The position numbers and the translations under genes were made by a program. From Eledone cirrhosa (Eukaryota): 64,000 nucleotides of DNA. The notes below the pieces were generated by a model that saw nothing but the letters and a program-made list of their open reading frames with translations, was not told where the DNA came from and made no database searches. Where the stretch lies: the NCBI GenBank assembly GCA_964016885.1, contig OZ024744.1:38626001-38690000 (forward strand), in the 5' to 3' direction. Positions 41,901 through 57,709 of the stretch are shown here, piece after piece. How positions within the stretch are numbered: the first letter of the stretch is position 1; each line of letters starts with the position of its first letter.

Positions 41901-42713
41901 GGCCCGGAAAATTGTTTATTCCTTGAGCTAATTTGATTATAAGGGACTATTGTGAGTTTTTAACTCAATATATATTTTTGATATATATATAATACTGAAA
42001 CGAATTCATCGGATATGATCGATGTATCTTCGATCGTTTTTGCACTCACTCAATGTTTTAATTAAGCCAGTATCCTTAAGATACCAACCTAGAGGAAAGC
42101 AGAGTGTACACTAATACTTTAAGTAGTGAGAAAAACGATTTCGTGTGGGTAGATAATTTAATTTTCTGGCTCCTGACTAATGCATTAGTTTCTGCTACTC
42201 CATCTACTAGCGACAGTCCATATGGAACTGGCCTGTACAGAAATTAGGTAATGCTATAAAGCATTACGTAATTGACTAAGAGCAGCTTAATCAGCGAGGG
42301 ATTAGCCTCTTCGGAACATGTCAACCACGAGCCTTCTGGCTTTGTGTGAATTAGCCATTGCAGTAGTAAGCTCCACTTTCAGTGCCATGTAATGGGGAGT
42401 TAAGCTAGCACTGCCTATTTTGAAAGAACACGCTGGCACATTTTTTTTAAATTGAAATAATAATTTTGATCCTTACACAACATATCAATCGTATTGCTTC
42501 GCAAATTCACCGACCATCAGGAATGTTAAATGTAGCTCCTCGTTAAATCCTTCAATCAGCTCTACTAAAATATTTTAGTTGCTTGGAATGTATGGCTGAT
42601 GGTAGAACTGTGTGTGTTTAGGAAGACACTCTGTGCTGATGATGAGCCCGGTGCCTTAATGATGTCTGTTATCTAATAATCGTAATTGGCATTATTTCTT
42701 GTCGGGCCAAAAC

Positions 42714-42744
<31 letters not shown>

Positions 42745-42891
42745 ACGAAGAAAATGTGGTAAGGAACCAGGTGGACCATAACGCACCAAAGTACTCAATA
42801 CTTAGGGTAGTGGAGTGGGTAATAAGAACGAGTAAGAAGACCCCGACGGCTGAGCTCAAGCCATTTCGACGGCTAATTCTGGACTAAAAAG

Positions 42892-42973
<82 letters not shown>

Positions 42974-43380
42974 GAATATTCAGCATAATCGAACCTCTGG
43001 CTGCAGCTAAGCTAACGAATGCAATCGGAATGTGCAGCTAAGCACCCAATAAGGTGTTTACTTTAGAGTAATAACATTACGTTTAGACAACTTTGCAAAT
43101 TGAAGATTGCGACCGGTAAGCCAGCCGCAGGAACAAAAGCAACGAGGAAACTGACTCAGGATAATTTGACAAACCTGGACCATCGCGTCGATATTATGCA
43201 ATATCTCTGCTAGGTTTCTGTGAAAACGAAATCAACAAAATCCACTTGCGGGGTATGCAAGTTATTGGTTTTGGAAGATCGAACAGAGGTTTCACTTTCT
43301 CAACAGGTATCCGTTCTCCGCCACGCCAGTTATATATTGTGTTTAAGCAATATTAACTGACGTATTACACACACACACAC

Positions 43381-43475
<95 letters not shown>

Positions 43476-43477
43476 AT

Positions 43478-44105
<628 letters not shown>

Positions 44106-44141
44106 GTGTGTGCGTGTGTGCGCGTGTGTGTGTGTGTAACG

Positions 44142-44487
44142 TAGCAACAAAGTTTTGACCAAGATTACCTTTGTGCCAAGTGATCTGTGACTGTGCTATG
44201 AGAAGAGACATGTTTTCTCCACCTTATCATTATCAAGTGAATCGCCACAACAGTGTTTCTCAAACAGTTTTCATCTCACGCCCCGCATTGAGAAACATTG
44301 TTCTATACCTTCTATGTCACGCTTAGATGCAAACCACGCTCTTAATCATGCTGCTATTATTTCGTTTTCATGCTTGCTACGTATTTATACAGACTTCATA
44401 TTATCTTCCCATAACACAGTTACACAGATATCTTGACAAAGAGCTAATCTTGGTCAAGCTGGACCACGCCAAAAATTCGTTGCTATT
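44142..44487. mobile_element. Family V fold-back element; 3' part repeated at 41093-41301
   Basis: Diverged terminal inverted arms (tagcaac..tgaccaagatta) and an inner hairpin aacagtgtttctcaa/ttgagaaacattgtt. Confidence 0.75.
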
Positions 44488-44488
44488 A

Positions 44489-44618
<130 letters not shown>

Positions 44619-45148
44619 GTATATATATATATATATATAAGTCTTATATATTTTTATGTGAACTGATAGAGGGCAGTTTAAGGATTTACAGAAACCCAAG
44701 AAGCTAGATTTACCATCTTTCTAGCGGGTCCGGGTATGCTTTTTACATTCATTTGATTTATTGATTTATTGATATTTTATCTGAGTGTCCCGAATCTTCC
44801 AGATCGTAATTTTTCGGTCGTATGGTTGATTGTAGACATGTTCTATGTGTGACGGTATTTTAACGATAGTTATAGCTCTGATTTATCTGAATTATTGAGC
44901 CCTCTGCCGCTCATTTCGAATTTTGTTTATTGTGAACTCGTGCGCCGATTTTTCGATACTCGATTATTCTACTATATATATAATATATATATATATATAT
45001 AATATATATATATATATTATATATATATATGTACATATATATATAATATATATATATATAATATATATATATATTATATATATATATGTACATATATATA
45101 TAATATATATATATATTATATATATATGTACATATATATATAATATAT

Positions 45149-45190
<42 letters not shown>

Positions 45191-46669
45191 ATACATATAT
45201 ATATATACATGCGCAAACACACAGATATATATATATATATATGTGTGTGTGCGTGTGTGCGTGTGTGCGTGTGTGCGTGTGTGTATGTGTGTAAAATGTT
45301 GAACAGTGGTGAAAACAAATATGACAAGTTTTATTAGTTAATTAATCCATTGATTTGCGATTGTTTCAAAGAGCATAAACAAAATCAATATATTGAATAT
45401 TCGAGTACAGTATTGCAACACCGTAATGTTAGCCCCGACAAAACACATCCAGTTTCAAGATGAATAGTAGAATGGATGTATTTAGTTTAGTTGAATTTGT
45501 CTGTTATTCCTGCAGTAGTTAAGAGATCTTAATGATAATTAACAGTTGCAATTGCTAGGAACGTGATAAAGGCGAATCTGAGGACTGAAAAATTGGTGAT
45601 GCAACATAACTAATCTTAACTATAATAAAAAGAGGGGTTCCAGACTGCGTCCATAATATTTTTTTACCCCGTTTGTAAAATAAGTTGGATTACTTTGAAT
45701 AAATAATAAATGAATATTACATAATTTATGTGCGAAATAACTCTTATTTTAAGATTCACTTTTAAAAATTTTTCAAATGTCAACACTTCCGGTTAGCTTC
45801 CGTAGAGGGTCGGAGGCCATGCTTTGGCGCATTTAGAGTTCAAATCTCGTCGAGGTTAACTTTGCCTTTCATCCTTACGCGGTCGATAAAATAAAATACC
45901 AGTAATGCACTGGGGTAATTGCTGGTCTTGTGCCAAAAGTTGAAAAAATTATATTATAACATTTATTACATGGCTTATATAAACGTTCATATGTTTACAT
46001 TGTTATATAAGGCTTATATTTCCGTCGCTAATTTTCTCCTAATGCAGTTTATATATAATATCGTCTTTTTTTTTTAATGTGTCATGGATTACTTTACTGA
46101 TTACAGAAGAAAGTGTAACACAGTCTCTCTTCTGTGGATATTGTCAATTACGATTTCATTTGATGTATCATATCTATATGTATATATATATTTGCGTAAA
46201 ATATCAATATGCACACTACACATGCTAACAGAAAAACCACCCGAAGGGTTAGTACCCATAAAGAACTATTCAGAAAAGGGACTTACATTATTTTATTTGT
46301 TTACTCTTTTAGTGTTTTACTTGATTCAGAGGTGGTAGATTGGAAGTATTGTTATAGCATCGGACAATATGCTTTGTAGATTTAATTACGCCCACTTACG
46401 TTCTGGTATGAAATCCCGCTGAAGTCAACTGTGCCTTTCACCCTTCTGGGGTCGATAAAATAAAATACCAGTCAAGTACTACGGTCGATTTAATCGACTA
46501 CTGCCTTCCCTTAAAATTGGTGCGTGTGTGCCTATATTAGAAACAATTATTTTACTTTTTCCCTCACCATGGATTCCAGTACTTATTTCTTCAAAGCTGC
46601 TTTTTTTTTATTGATCACCCCTTTGTCGAATTTCCAGGTTACGTGATATAAACATACATACACACACAT

Positions 46670-46762
<93 letters not shown>

Positions 46763-47895
46763 ACTGTGTACTGCATTAGTTTCTTTCCCTTCTACCAAAT
46801 TCCACTCACAAGTCACTGGTCAACTCGAGGCTATAGTAGAAGACAGTAACCAAAAGTGTCACACAGCCATAGATCATTAATTAAATTCATTCCATTATGT
46901 TATTGTCGTATATGTTATCAATCTCAAGTGGATGTGGCATGACGAAGGATTGGTTTTGCAGATTATATTTGCAACACGCGTTTGAGTTGATCACTTTCTT
47001 TTCCGGATAACGCCGATCTTTTAGAAGATCACTTATTTGACATCCGTCGGTTCTGACGACGACTGTACCGGTTTTTAAAAAAACTGAATTGCCTGCTTGC
47101 AAAATTAACGTGAAAGTGGCCAAGCATTCCAGAGACATGTCTAGCCTTAGCATAGTTCTCAAGAAAATTCAAGTTGACATAAGGATGGTCCATTGAATTG
47201 CATGCTTCATTTTTCGTAGCTAAGCGAACCGAAGCAATGTGAAATAAAATACCTTGCTCAAAGACACAATGTACCGACTGAAATCGAACTCTTGACCTTA
47301 TTTATGACTACGAGATGAACACCAAACTAATACACAATTAGCCTTCACTTGCCAGACATTTACATGCATAACCGATCCACCAATAATTATTCTCATAAAA
47401 GTAAAATTGTTAAGCTAAGTTTCTAACCTTTAAGTCATATACCCTCACAAAGTATCAACCAACTAAGAACAAAAAAAAAACATTTTGGTATTGACTAAAT
47501 TGACTACATTGACTACTTTAGTCAACAAACTAAACAACCACTAGTGTAACTAACTAACCAACTAACTAACTAGCCAGTCGGTTAACATACTAATTAAATA
47601 AATATGCTCTAAACAAATAACTTGTCTTTTCGTTGTCATCGTTGTTGTTGTTGCATTAAACGACATAACATCATAGAACTGGTTTCTACCACAGCTGTCC
47701 AGAATTGTGAGTTGTTGTCTTAGGTATATGTGACCTTGTGACATTTAGAAATAGTTTGGAGTGTAGAATGGAATGCATCAACATTCAGTGAAATGCAATA
47801 TACGGAAACGAAAATAGCATTACTACTTTATATGAATAAAACCCAGTCTACATTGATGATGCATGTGTTTGTAGACTTTTAGATTTGATGAACTG

Positions 47896-47961
<66 letters not shown>

Positions 47962-47966
<5 letters not shown>

Positions 47967-48499
47967 GAAAGAAGGTTTACATGGTTTGCTATACAAAAAA
48001 GTTTTTAATCACTTAGCTTACATTTGTTTCACTGAACTGGTATGTCTAGAGATCGCTATCCGCTTAATTTTGCGTTACTCGATCGCCAATACAGAATTAT
48101 AACCAGTCAGATCTTCGGAGCATGCGAGAATGAAGAAAATACACAGGCAAGAAAAGAATAGAAAATACGGCTACTATATGGAGTAGTTATGGCATTCAAT
48201 TAGAACAATAACAACAATTACAACAATGCTATCAATAAACTATTTAAGGAGACCCTGACATTACTTAGGTGGGGTATATAATGTATCTAATGTTACGGCG
48301 TGAAAACCAGCTGTCAAAAGGCAAAAAGTATCGTAGTATGTATCAATTTTAAATTATAAAGATAAGCTAGTTTTTACAGTCTTTCTCTTCATCTTCAACA
48401 GTATACATGAGTGGGACCACTGTCAAAGCTCAATAGTTGTAGAGTTAATACAGAGGTTAACGAATTAATATACGCATATATCTACGCACACACACACAT

Positions 48500-48532
<33 letters not shown>

Positions 48533-49945
48533 CACATATATACACATGCATGTGTACATAGACACATACATACACATCAATATACACTCGTACAAAAATA
48601 TACATACATGCAAAGAGAAAAGCGTGCTAATTGTAATATGGCAAAAAGAAGGTAAAGTAACATTGTAGTAGTGAAATGAGAAAAACTAGGATCTAGGATC
48701 AAATGATTGCAGCAGCTGAGAAGGAGTAAGATTGTTGGTAGATGAGGTATTTACAGACAATTGTGTGGTATAGACTTGTTAAAAGGCTACTTAATAATAA
48801 GTTAGAAAGATCTATCTTCTGCAGACATAGAATAGCCACTAAATTCATAAGATTCAAACCTCCGTGAATCGAACCAACATAACATAGCTTTAAATTAGGA
48901 TACCTACTACCCACAGAAATATATTCATTAAGTATACTATTTCCTTCACAAGTCTATACCACACAATAGTCTGTAAATACCTCATCTACCAACAATCTTA
49001 CTCCTTCTCAGCTGCTGCAATCATTTGATCCTAGATCCTAGTTTTTCTCATTTCACTACTACAATGTTACTTTACCTTCTTTTTGCCATAATTACAATTA
49101 GCACGCTTTTCTCTTTGCATGTATGTATATTTTTGTACGAGTGTATATTGATGTGTATGTATGTGTCTATGTACACATGCATGTGTATATATGTGTATAT
49201 ATATATATATGTGTGTGTGTGTGTATGTGTATGTGTGTGTGTGTGTGCGTAGATATATGCGTATATTAATTCGTTAACCTCTGTATTAACTCTACAACTA
49301 TTGAGCTTTGACAGTGGTCCCACTCATGTATACTGTTGAAGATGAAGAGAAAGACTGTAAAAACTAGCTTATCTTTATAATTTAAAATTGATACACACTA
49401 CGATACTTTTTGCCTTATGACAGCTGGTTTTCACGCCGTAACATTAGATACATTATATACCCCCCACCTAAGTAATGTCAGGGTCTCCTTAAATAGTTTA
49501 TTGATAGCATTGTTGTAATTGTTGTTATTGTTCTAATTGAATGCCATAACTACTCCATATAGTAGCCGTATTTTCTATTCTTTTCTTGCCTGTGTATTTT
49601 CTTCATTCTCGCATGCTCCGAAGATCTGACTGGTTATAATTCTGTATTGGCGATCGAGTAACGCAAAATTAAGCGGATAGCGATCTCTAGACATACCAGT
49701 TCAGTGAAACAAATGTAAGCTAAGTGATTAAAAACTTTTTTGTATAGCAAACCATGTAAACCTTCTTTCCTGATTTATTATTACTCCAAGTGTTTACAAC
49801 ATAGGAATTACAGCATACCCGCAGCATCACTATGAAAACGCCTTGTTGAGTCAAACCAAGCCAAGCGTTAATATCATCCACTACCTGGAATGCCGTAACT
49901 GGACTTCACCTAAGTGGACTGCATTTAACTATTATTTGTTACCCC
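47962..49945. mobile_element. Giant fold-back in (TA)n: arms 47962-48779 and 48948-49774, ~168-bp spacer, ~170-bp right extension
   Basis: Arms are nearly identical reverse complements; ORFs 48411-48668(+) and 49072-49323(-) mirror each other. Confidence 0.92.
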
Positions 49946-50028
<83 letters not shown>

Positions 50029-50899
50029 CGAGGTGGGTCAGAAAAGTTCCAGAACTGATGTCACAAAAGATTTATTTCAAAACCAAACTTCACACTAAGA
50101 GTTTTCTCCTTCAAAGTAATCCCCCTGGAGTATGTAACTGTAATCTTAGCTCTCTGCAGCAATCAAACTTTTTTCTTCATAATTTTATATACATGTCCTC
50201 TGTTTTAGGCCGTCAGGCAATGAGCACAGAGCAACGAGCAAACTTGAAAACTCCGTCAGAAGCAGTGGTGTTGCTGCAGCAAGTGTATGGAGATGAGACG
50301 ATGTCACGCTCACGTGTTTTTGAGTGGTGAATGAGGTTTAAAAAAAGGCGCGAGGACGTGGAAGATGATCCCAGGAGCGGAAGTCACTCAACAACCAGGA
50401 ATTAGGTCAACGTTGAGCGCGTCAGGAAGATGGTGCGTAGCGATCGTCGGCTGACTGTTCGACTGATGGCAAATGAGCTGGGCATGAATAGGGACAGCAT
50501 CTTGAAGATTCTCACTGAAAATTTGGACATGCGGAAAGTCTGCGCGAAGATGGTGCCAAAACTGCTGAACGATGACCAGAAAGGTCGACGCATGCAAGTG
50601 TACCAGGACATCGTCGAACGTCTTGAAACCGAACCAGACTTTCTAGTGACAGTCATCACCGGTGACGAGTCATGGATCCTCCATGAAGACGTGGACGACA
50701 TCAAAAAGGCCGTGTCGACGGAACTGAGGAGGATCCCGGAAGAATCCTTCCAGGAGTGCATGCAAGCGTGGCAGAAAAGGATGGAAAAGTGCATTAGACT
50801 CCCGGGGAATTATTTTGAAGGAAAAAACTCTTAGTGTGAAATTTAGGTTTGAAATAAATCTTTTGTGACATCAGACCTGGAATTTTTCTGACCCCCTTG
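50029..50899 (+). mobile_element. Internally deleted mariner (Tc1/mariner) transposon with ~55-bp TIRs, inserted in TA
   Basis: TIRs cgaggtgggtcagaaaagttccagaactgatgtcacaaaagatttatttcaaa and its reverse complement. Transposase remnants DRRLTVR, KMVPKLL, ITGDESW and GNYFEG; the DD34D core is mostly deleted. Confidence 0.93.
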
Positions 50900-51393
50900 T
50901 ATATATATATACCATTTACGTGGTTTTGTCTTTGCGTGCTATTGTTCTCCACGCTCCACATATGACTTATTATCTTCGTTTTTTAGTTCATTGCCAGAGA
51001 ACGTCTCTATGCACCACCTAAGAGAACATTAGTCTACGACTTCTTTTATACCATAAACGTGGTTCTGTCTTTGCGCGTAATAGTTTTTCACCTCTCCTAT
51101 TAATGACGTATTATTCGTTTTTTCCCGTTCTTTGCCAGCGAACGTTTCCACGAACCAAAGTATCGTCTTCCTGTCTTCCTCCGGTTGCAACGTTTTTTGA
51201 AATATCCAGTTCTGCGTTTACAGATTGACTTTGTTAGTTTCAGAAGATCCCGTTAAGGGTGAAAGCAGCGATTCTTTGCTTAAACTTTAATCTGTTATTT
51301 TAATAAATATTTGCTCTACGGTTCTTATATATTTGATATATATTTATCCTTATCGAGCCCTCTTTGGATTTAAGTCTTCAATTTTATTATTAT

Positions 51394-51469
<76 letters not shown>

Positions 51470-52573
51470 AAAAAAGATAAAATCGAAAATGCAACTAGAA
51501 TCTCTTTTTAAAAAAATATATTTATTTGGTTCCTTTGCCGGTTTCGCAGTTCTTGTGCTTTTCAAAAGTAGAATTGAGATGGAGGGTTTGTGGTTTGTAA
51601 TTTTTCTCGCATCTAGTTGGTGTTCGAATGTTATTTCTGTTTTATATGGAAAAGGGTGGCTCGAAATGCTAGGTTTTTAGAAAAGTAATTTGGTTGGTTG
51701 ATGACTGTCATGTGAATGAGTATAATAAATTTCGCGCCAGTTCGCGTTACAAAGTTCTTATTGTATTCGCCTTCGAAAAAAGGGGGGCTCAGATTGTTTT
51801 TTTTTTCCTATATGAGTAAAATTTTGTTGGTTGATGCAGTCACGAGTATAAGCACATCGGCTTTCGCGCCAGTTTGTGTTTGAATTTCTTTTTACTCTAA
51901 AAAAAACTTGATTGGTTAAAAATGAAATTATGACTGTCACATGCATTAAATTTCGCGCCCGTATTTTTGAATTTTTTTTTGCAGCCATTTAGAGAATTTT
52001 GTGCCAAACAAAAGATAATGGTCAAGAAAAGGGGATGGAGAGAGTTATTTTGTGTATGGCTGATGTGCTGAAATGTAATTTGATTGGTTATAAATGAAAT
52101 TAAACTGTCACGTGAACAAGTACATTAAATTTCGCGCCCGTATTTGGGAATTTCTTTTGTAGCCATTTAGAGAATTTTGTGCCAAACAAAAGATAATGGT
52201 AAAAAACAAAGGGATGGGCAGAATTGTTCTGGTTCAGTGAATATGGCTGGTGCGCTAGGGTGTCAGAATTCACACTTTCTATTGAAATAAAGAAAGTAGA
52301 GATATGTATGTTTATTTGTGTGATGGTGTGTGTGTGTGTGTGTGTGTAGGAAGATGAGTCTATTAGTAGAAATGGGGGAGGGAGTTGTGTGTATGGGTGT
52401 TATATGTGTGTGCTATCTGCGTGTGGGAGTATGGTTAGCATGTTAAGATGGAGAGAATATATATTTGTGTTTGTGAAGGGAAATGATATATATATATATA
52501 TATAAAACTGAATAGCTTGCTTGCAAAATGAACGTGAAATTGGCCAAGCATTCCAGAGCCATGTCTAGGCTTA

Positions 52574-53047
<474 letters not shown>

Positions 53048-53565
53048 GTAAAGGCGTGTGGCTGAGTGGTTAGAGAATTGGATTCACAATCGTGAAGTTG
53101 TGAGTTCGATTCCTGGACCAGGCGATGCGTTATGTCCTTGAGCAAGACACTTTATTTCACGTTGCTCCTTCTACCTGGAGTTGCGACCGATAGATACTAT
53201 TAGCAATTGGAAAGACCGACGGAAACATTGTTCCCTCGGTCCGATTTGACGAAAGTCGATCGTTTAAGAGATATATATACATATATATATGTGTATGTGT
53301 ATATATATCATAATAAATAGGGAACAAATAATTAGTATTGCCTCATATACATATTTAATTACATACGTAATCTGCCGATCAGCTTAAGGAACGATCGATT
53401 AATGTTCGTTCCTGACTCTGGAATCGAAAGCTCCTCAGATATGTTCTCACATGTAGACGCACGTCAAAATGTTATGACGAAAATTTACATTTTCGTTGTC
53501 CTCGCTCTCCCTATGTATTGAGTATCTTATTTTCTGTGGTTACCCCCGATTTCACCCGAGATCTC

Positions 53566-53618
<53 letters not shown>

Positions 53619-53620
<2 letters not shown>

Positions 53621-54543
53621 TAGCAGCAGTACTAAGCGTTGCCTGGGTAGGTAAAATAATATCTGCTTTGATGAAAAGGTGTTGATCTTAGCGACTGCTT
53701 CTCGATGACTCATCTAAGGCCACACACAAGCCATGCGTGGGAGGGTGGTGATGACCTCTATCACTGAGAAACGCGGGTGACTGACGAAGGGGCATGCTGG
53801 GGGAGGGAGGTAATGACCTCTAGCACTAAGCCAAATTTCCTCACGCTACTTGATTGGAAACCGATAAATTCTCAAATACACAACTAAAAGCTCAGACGAC
53901 GTCAATGGTCATCGTTTTGCCTTTGACCATCTATAAGATGTGCAATGATAGGTTCTATCGTAGTCTAAAAGTTGAACCAAATAAATTGATTTATGTGTGA
54001 GGTGGATCCGAAGTTTCAAATTTGAACGAAATCGGTCGAAAATATGGGAGCTACAGCCGAAAAGGCGGAAATTTGAGCGAAAATGTGGTATTTTCGAATA
54101 TTTGAACAAAGTAGGTTGATTAATGTGGGAGCTAGAGCCGAAAAAGTGGAAATTTGAGTCTAAAAGTGGTATTTTTTAAATATTTAAGCGGCTTCTACGC
54201 CGTGCCTGAACAACAAATGCAAAATATAAAGCCATTACAGGATGTGCAATGATAAATTCTATTTTGCTTTAAAATTTGAACGAGATCGGTGGCAAAATGT
54301 GGGAGCTAGAGCCAAAAATCTTATTGTTCGATACCTAAAAAAAGGTGACGCCCCTATCTATTTTCATCTGCAGAATGACCCCGGAATAAAAAAAGACGAT
54401 ACGCTGATATATAGAAAACACTCCCCGATGACTAATCTATGAGCCTGTAAAGTTTCATGAAAATCGGTCGTAAGATGTAGGCCCCTAGAGGTCATACACA
54501 GACACACAGACACACACACATACTTAATTTTATATATATACAG

Positions 54544-54545
<2 letters not shown>
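53619..54545 (+). mobile_element. Helentron/Lep1-type non-autonomous rolling-circle element
   Basis: Starts actagc..gcgttgcctgggt and ends aagtttcatgaaaatcgg..acagacac..ttttatatatata. It has three internal repeats containing tgggagcta(g/c)agcc. Confidence 0.6.
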
Positions 54546-54591
<46 letters not shown>

Positions 54592-54650
54592 TGGGGATTG
54601 TTATATATACATAGAACAGTATAGATGATAAACAGTGAGTCGAACATACC

Positions 54651-54725
54651 TACCGTATATACTCGTGTATAGGTCGCACTTTTTTAACGATAAATAGGTA
54701 TAAAGTTTTGGGGTGCGACCTATCC
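54651..54725 (+). mobile_element. Terminus of a pogo/Tc2-like DNA element
   Basis: TACCGTATATACTCG start and subterminal inverted pair ataggtcgcac/gtgcgacctat; the other end was not found. Confidence 0.5.
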
Positions 54726-56102
54726 GATCGACATCAGACTGACCAATGATTTTTAATAGACATAATCAACGATGGGTATTTATAAAAATAACTTTGTTAA
54801 TATTTGTTATTATTTAACATAATAATTTCATATATCTAACTTCTTATACATATATTTCTTGATCTTAAATTGTTTACTAAAACTTCGTAGTGTTTACGTT
54901 TTTTCTATCTGACCGAACCATCCGTTTTGCAGAAGAATTTGGAAATAGATCAGCAGAAAAGGAGTTTCATGATGTACATATGTTTGGCGATGCAATTAAT
55001 TAAATAGTACACATTTATGTTACGACAGACCGTATATTAAAAGATTTAATGTAGATTTAGCTAAAGGATTTTTCCTTTTAATTAGAACTTTCGCAGTGAA
55101 AGAAATGAAATATAAACTCTTTTAACTATTTCTCTTTAAAGAAAAATAAATCATAATTATTTAATTAATTAAATGTCTGTTATTTCCTTGATTACGTCAC
55201 CAAACATATGTACGTGAAACAAACGAATCATGTAAGTCAAAAAAGGAAGAACTGATTCAACATAATCTGTAACTCTTCTTAAAGTAATCAGAAGAAACTA
55301 ATGATGGTCTATTTGGTGAAATGTAATGCAAAACCTTCGAATAATTGAATAAATATTATGCCACTGTGACCTCACGGAAACCATAAGAGGCATTTTCAGA
55401 AGACAGTTTTTCAAGGTGCCACGCTGTATGATCGAAGCTGAAACGATGTAGATGTCAAGCGAAATTCTTAATCACAGAACTATGCCTGCCCTTATCATAA
55501 ATAATTTTGTTACATAATATTATATTATTAAAAGGGAGATTAAATAGCTTATTTAGGTCAGATACACTATATTTTTAATATCATTTCAGATTTGTCATTA
55601 AACATTTTGCTACTTTTCAGAACACAATGTTACTTATTTTATTAGCATATGTTAACAATTTTCTGCTGCTGCTACTGCTGTTGCTGCTACTGCTGCTGCT
55701 ACTGTTGCTGCTGCTGCGAATTTTGTTCAAAATTGTACCTAATATGCGATTTTTGTATGAAATGGATTTGTATAATGCTGTTATTATTGTTTTATTGCCG
55801 TCTTTGTTGTAATTGTTGTTGTTTAGCCTCGAGGTAGCTTTGTTTAGCCTCCTACTCAACGAACTGCATGTGAAAATTCTGTACACATTAGTGAATACTT
55901 TTACCACTGCTAATTCTGTAGTTGATTTAGTATAAATGCTTTTCAAGTGCACTTGCTACTCATGCATTATTCGGCTAGAGCCAAAATACACAACTTTGTA
56001 CTCATTCAATAAATTGCTATTCTCTACCTGATTAACTTTCTGAACAAACCAATAATCTTATTTTAAGTTCTACAAAAGTAATACACAAATAAATATAAAT
56101 AT

Positions 56103-56278
56103 AGGCGTAGGCATGGATGTGTGTTTAAGAGGCTCACTTCGTAAACGCGTGGTCTCGGGTTTAAACCCGCTACGCGGCACCTTGATCAACAGTCTCTTAC
56201 TATAGCTTCGAGTCTACCAATGCTTTGTGAGGGGAAGTGAGGAAATTAATAGTCGGAAAATTGCAAAGGCCCATCGTG

Positions 56279-56280
<2 letters not shown>
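56103..56280 (+). mobile_element. tRNA-derived SINE family C (related fragments ~26985-27095, 46780-46870, 55375-55490 on minus)
   Basis: ggcgtaggcatggatgtgtg..gggtttaaacccgctacgcggcaccttg head; ends in a microsatellite. Confidence 0.65.
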
Positions 56281-56355
<75 letters not shown>

Positions 56356-57709
56356 AAAATGTGAGGTTTACGATTTTGACAATCTGAATTTATGTCCCGT
56401 TACAGCGTTTGAAAAACAGTCATCAAATAAGTACCACGCTTGAAACAAATAAGTACAAGGGTCAATACAATCTACTAAATCCATTTAAGATGATGCTCCA
56501 GCATGGACACAATGTAATGACTGAAACAAATTAAAGAATTAAATATATAAATAATATAAATATAAAAATAAATATCAGCAGCAGAATGCGAACTCACTAT
56601 GTGAGTATGCTTTCAGGTACCCAGACGCAATTTTTTTTTTTTTCTGAGTGGCTATTGACACTACCTTAACATCTAATGAAATACAATGTCCTTTGGCAAA
56701 TAACATTTTTTATTAGTTTCTTTAGCATTCAAATTCCAGTCTTTTCTGGCAACCTTTCTATATTACTTCAATTTCTAAACCGGCTTCCAGCTATGTCAGC
56801 TGTGGCATTAAGCGAGATGGAATTTTAGAATTGATGAAACAACTGGTTTTCGTTGACAAACAACGAGGGCAACAACTTTAAAAGCAATAACAACAATAAC
56901 ATCAACCAATGAATATTGTATCAAAATTAAAATAAACCTGTTTTTCTTTTTCCTTTGTAACTTTACCCGCTTGGCCATTCTGAAATTCTTCATCATACAC
57001 CTCTTCCGTTCGACTTCCACTTACACTTTTCGTCAGTAGACACCGCCTAAATACTTAGAAAATTTAGAAAAATGTATTCTGCCTTCAGGTATTAAAGTAT
57101 GGGGATTTATCACTTCAATAAAATTGAGGTTATCTTTGAAGGTAATGGATTGGAAGGGAATATATTTTGATAGGAAAAAGTAGGGCGGTGGATTGGCAAA
57201 ATGGTTTACGGTATTTAGTTACTGCTGGTTACCTTCTATGTTCAAATCTAGTCGCATCCAAATTTACCTTTCAGTCTTCCGGTGTCAATAAAATAAGGTA
57301 CCAGGCAAGTGCTGAAGTAAATATAATCGATTATCCACTTTACTTTCAAATTGATGCTTTTGTGCATAAATAAGTAATTGATATAAGGAAATTTTAAGAG
57401 TGATATATGACAGAATCGGAAGAGAAGCGAGCAATATCTGTGGTCTGGGGCCCATATTAAGAATCATTATGTAATCAGATGAGAGTGGCTAGCAGAAACG
57501 GTAAAACGTTTGAAAAGATGCCATATGATATTCAGTTGCTTACTTTTCCTTTTTGTGATTAAAATGCACTAAGTTTGCTTTTAAATTTCTTCCTCCCAGA
57601 ATCAATAAAACACTGTGTCCCCTTCCGCAAAATTCGTAAATCTTCTCTTAAGATGGAAAAGGGTAGGTGTAAAAGGTAAACTCGCTATCTTTAATTAGGT
57701 GCTTGTACC

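Noticed and set aside
44975-45200. Regular repeat-spacer-like pattern or CRISPR array
   Set aside because: It is a TA-derived minisatellite in eukaryotic DNA with no unique spacers or cas genes.
53370-53440. Hairpin aggaacga..tcgttcct followed by GAAAGCTC as a hammerhead
   Set aside because: The core reads CTGCCGA and stem I is absent; too degenerate to call.
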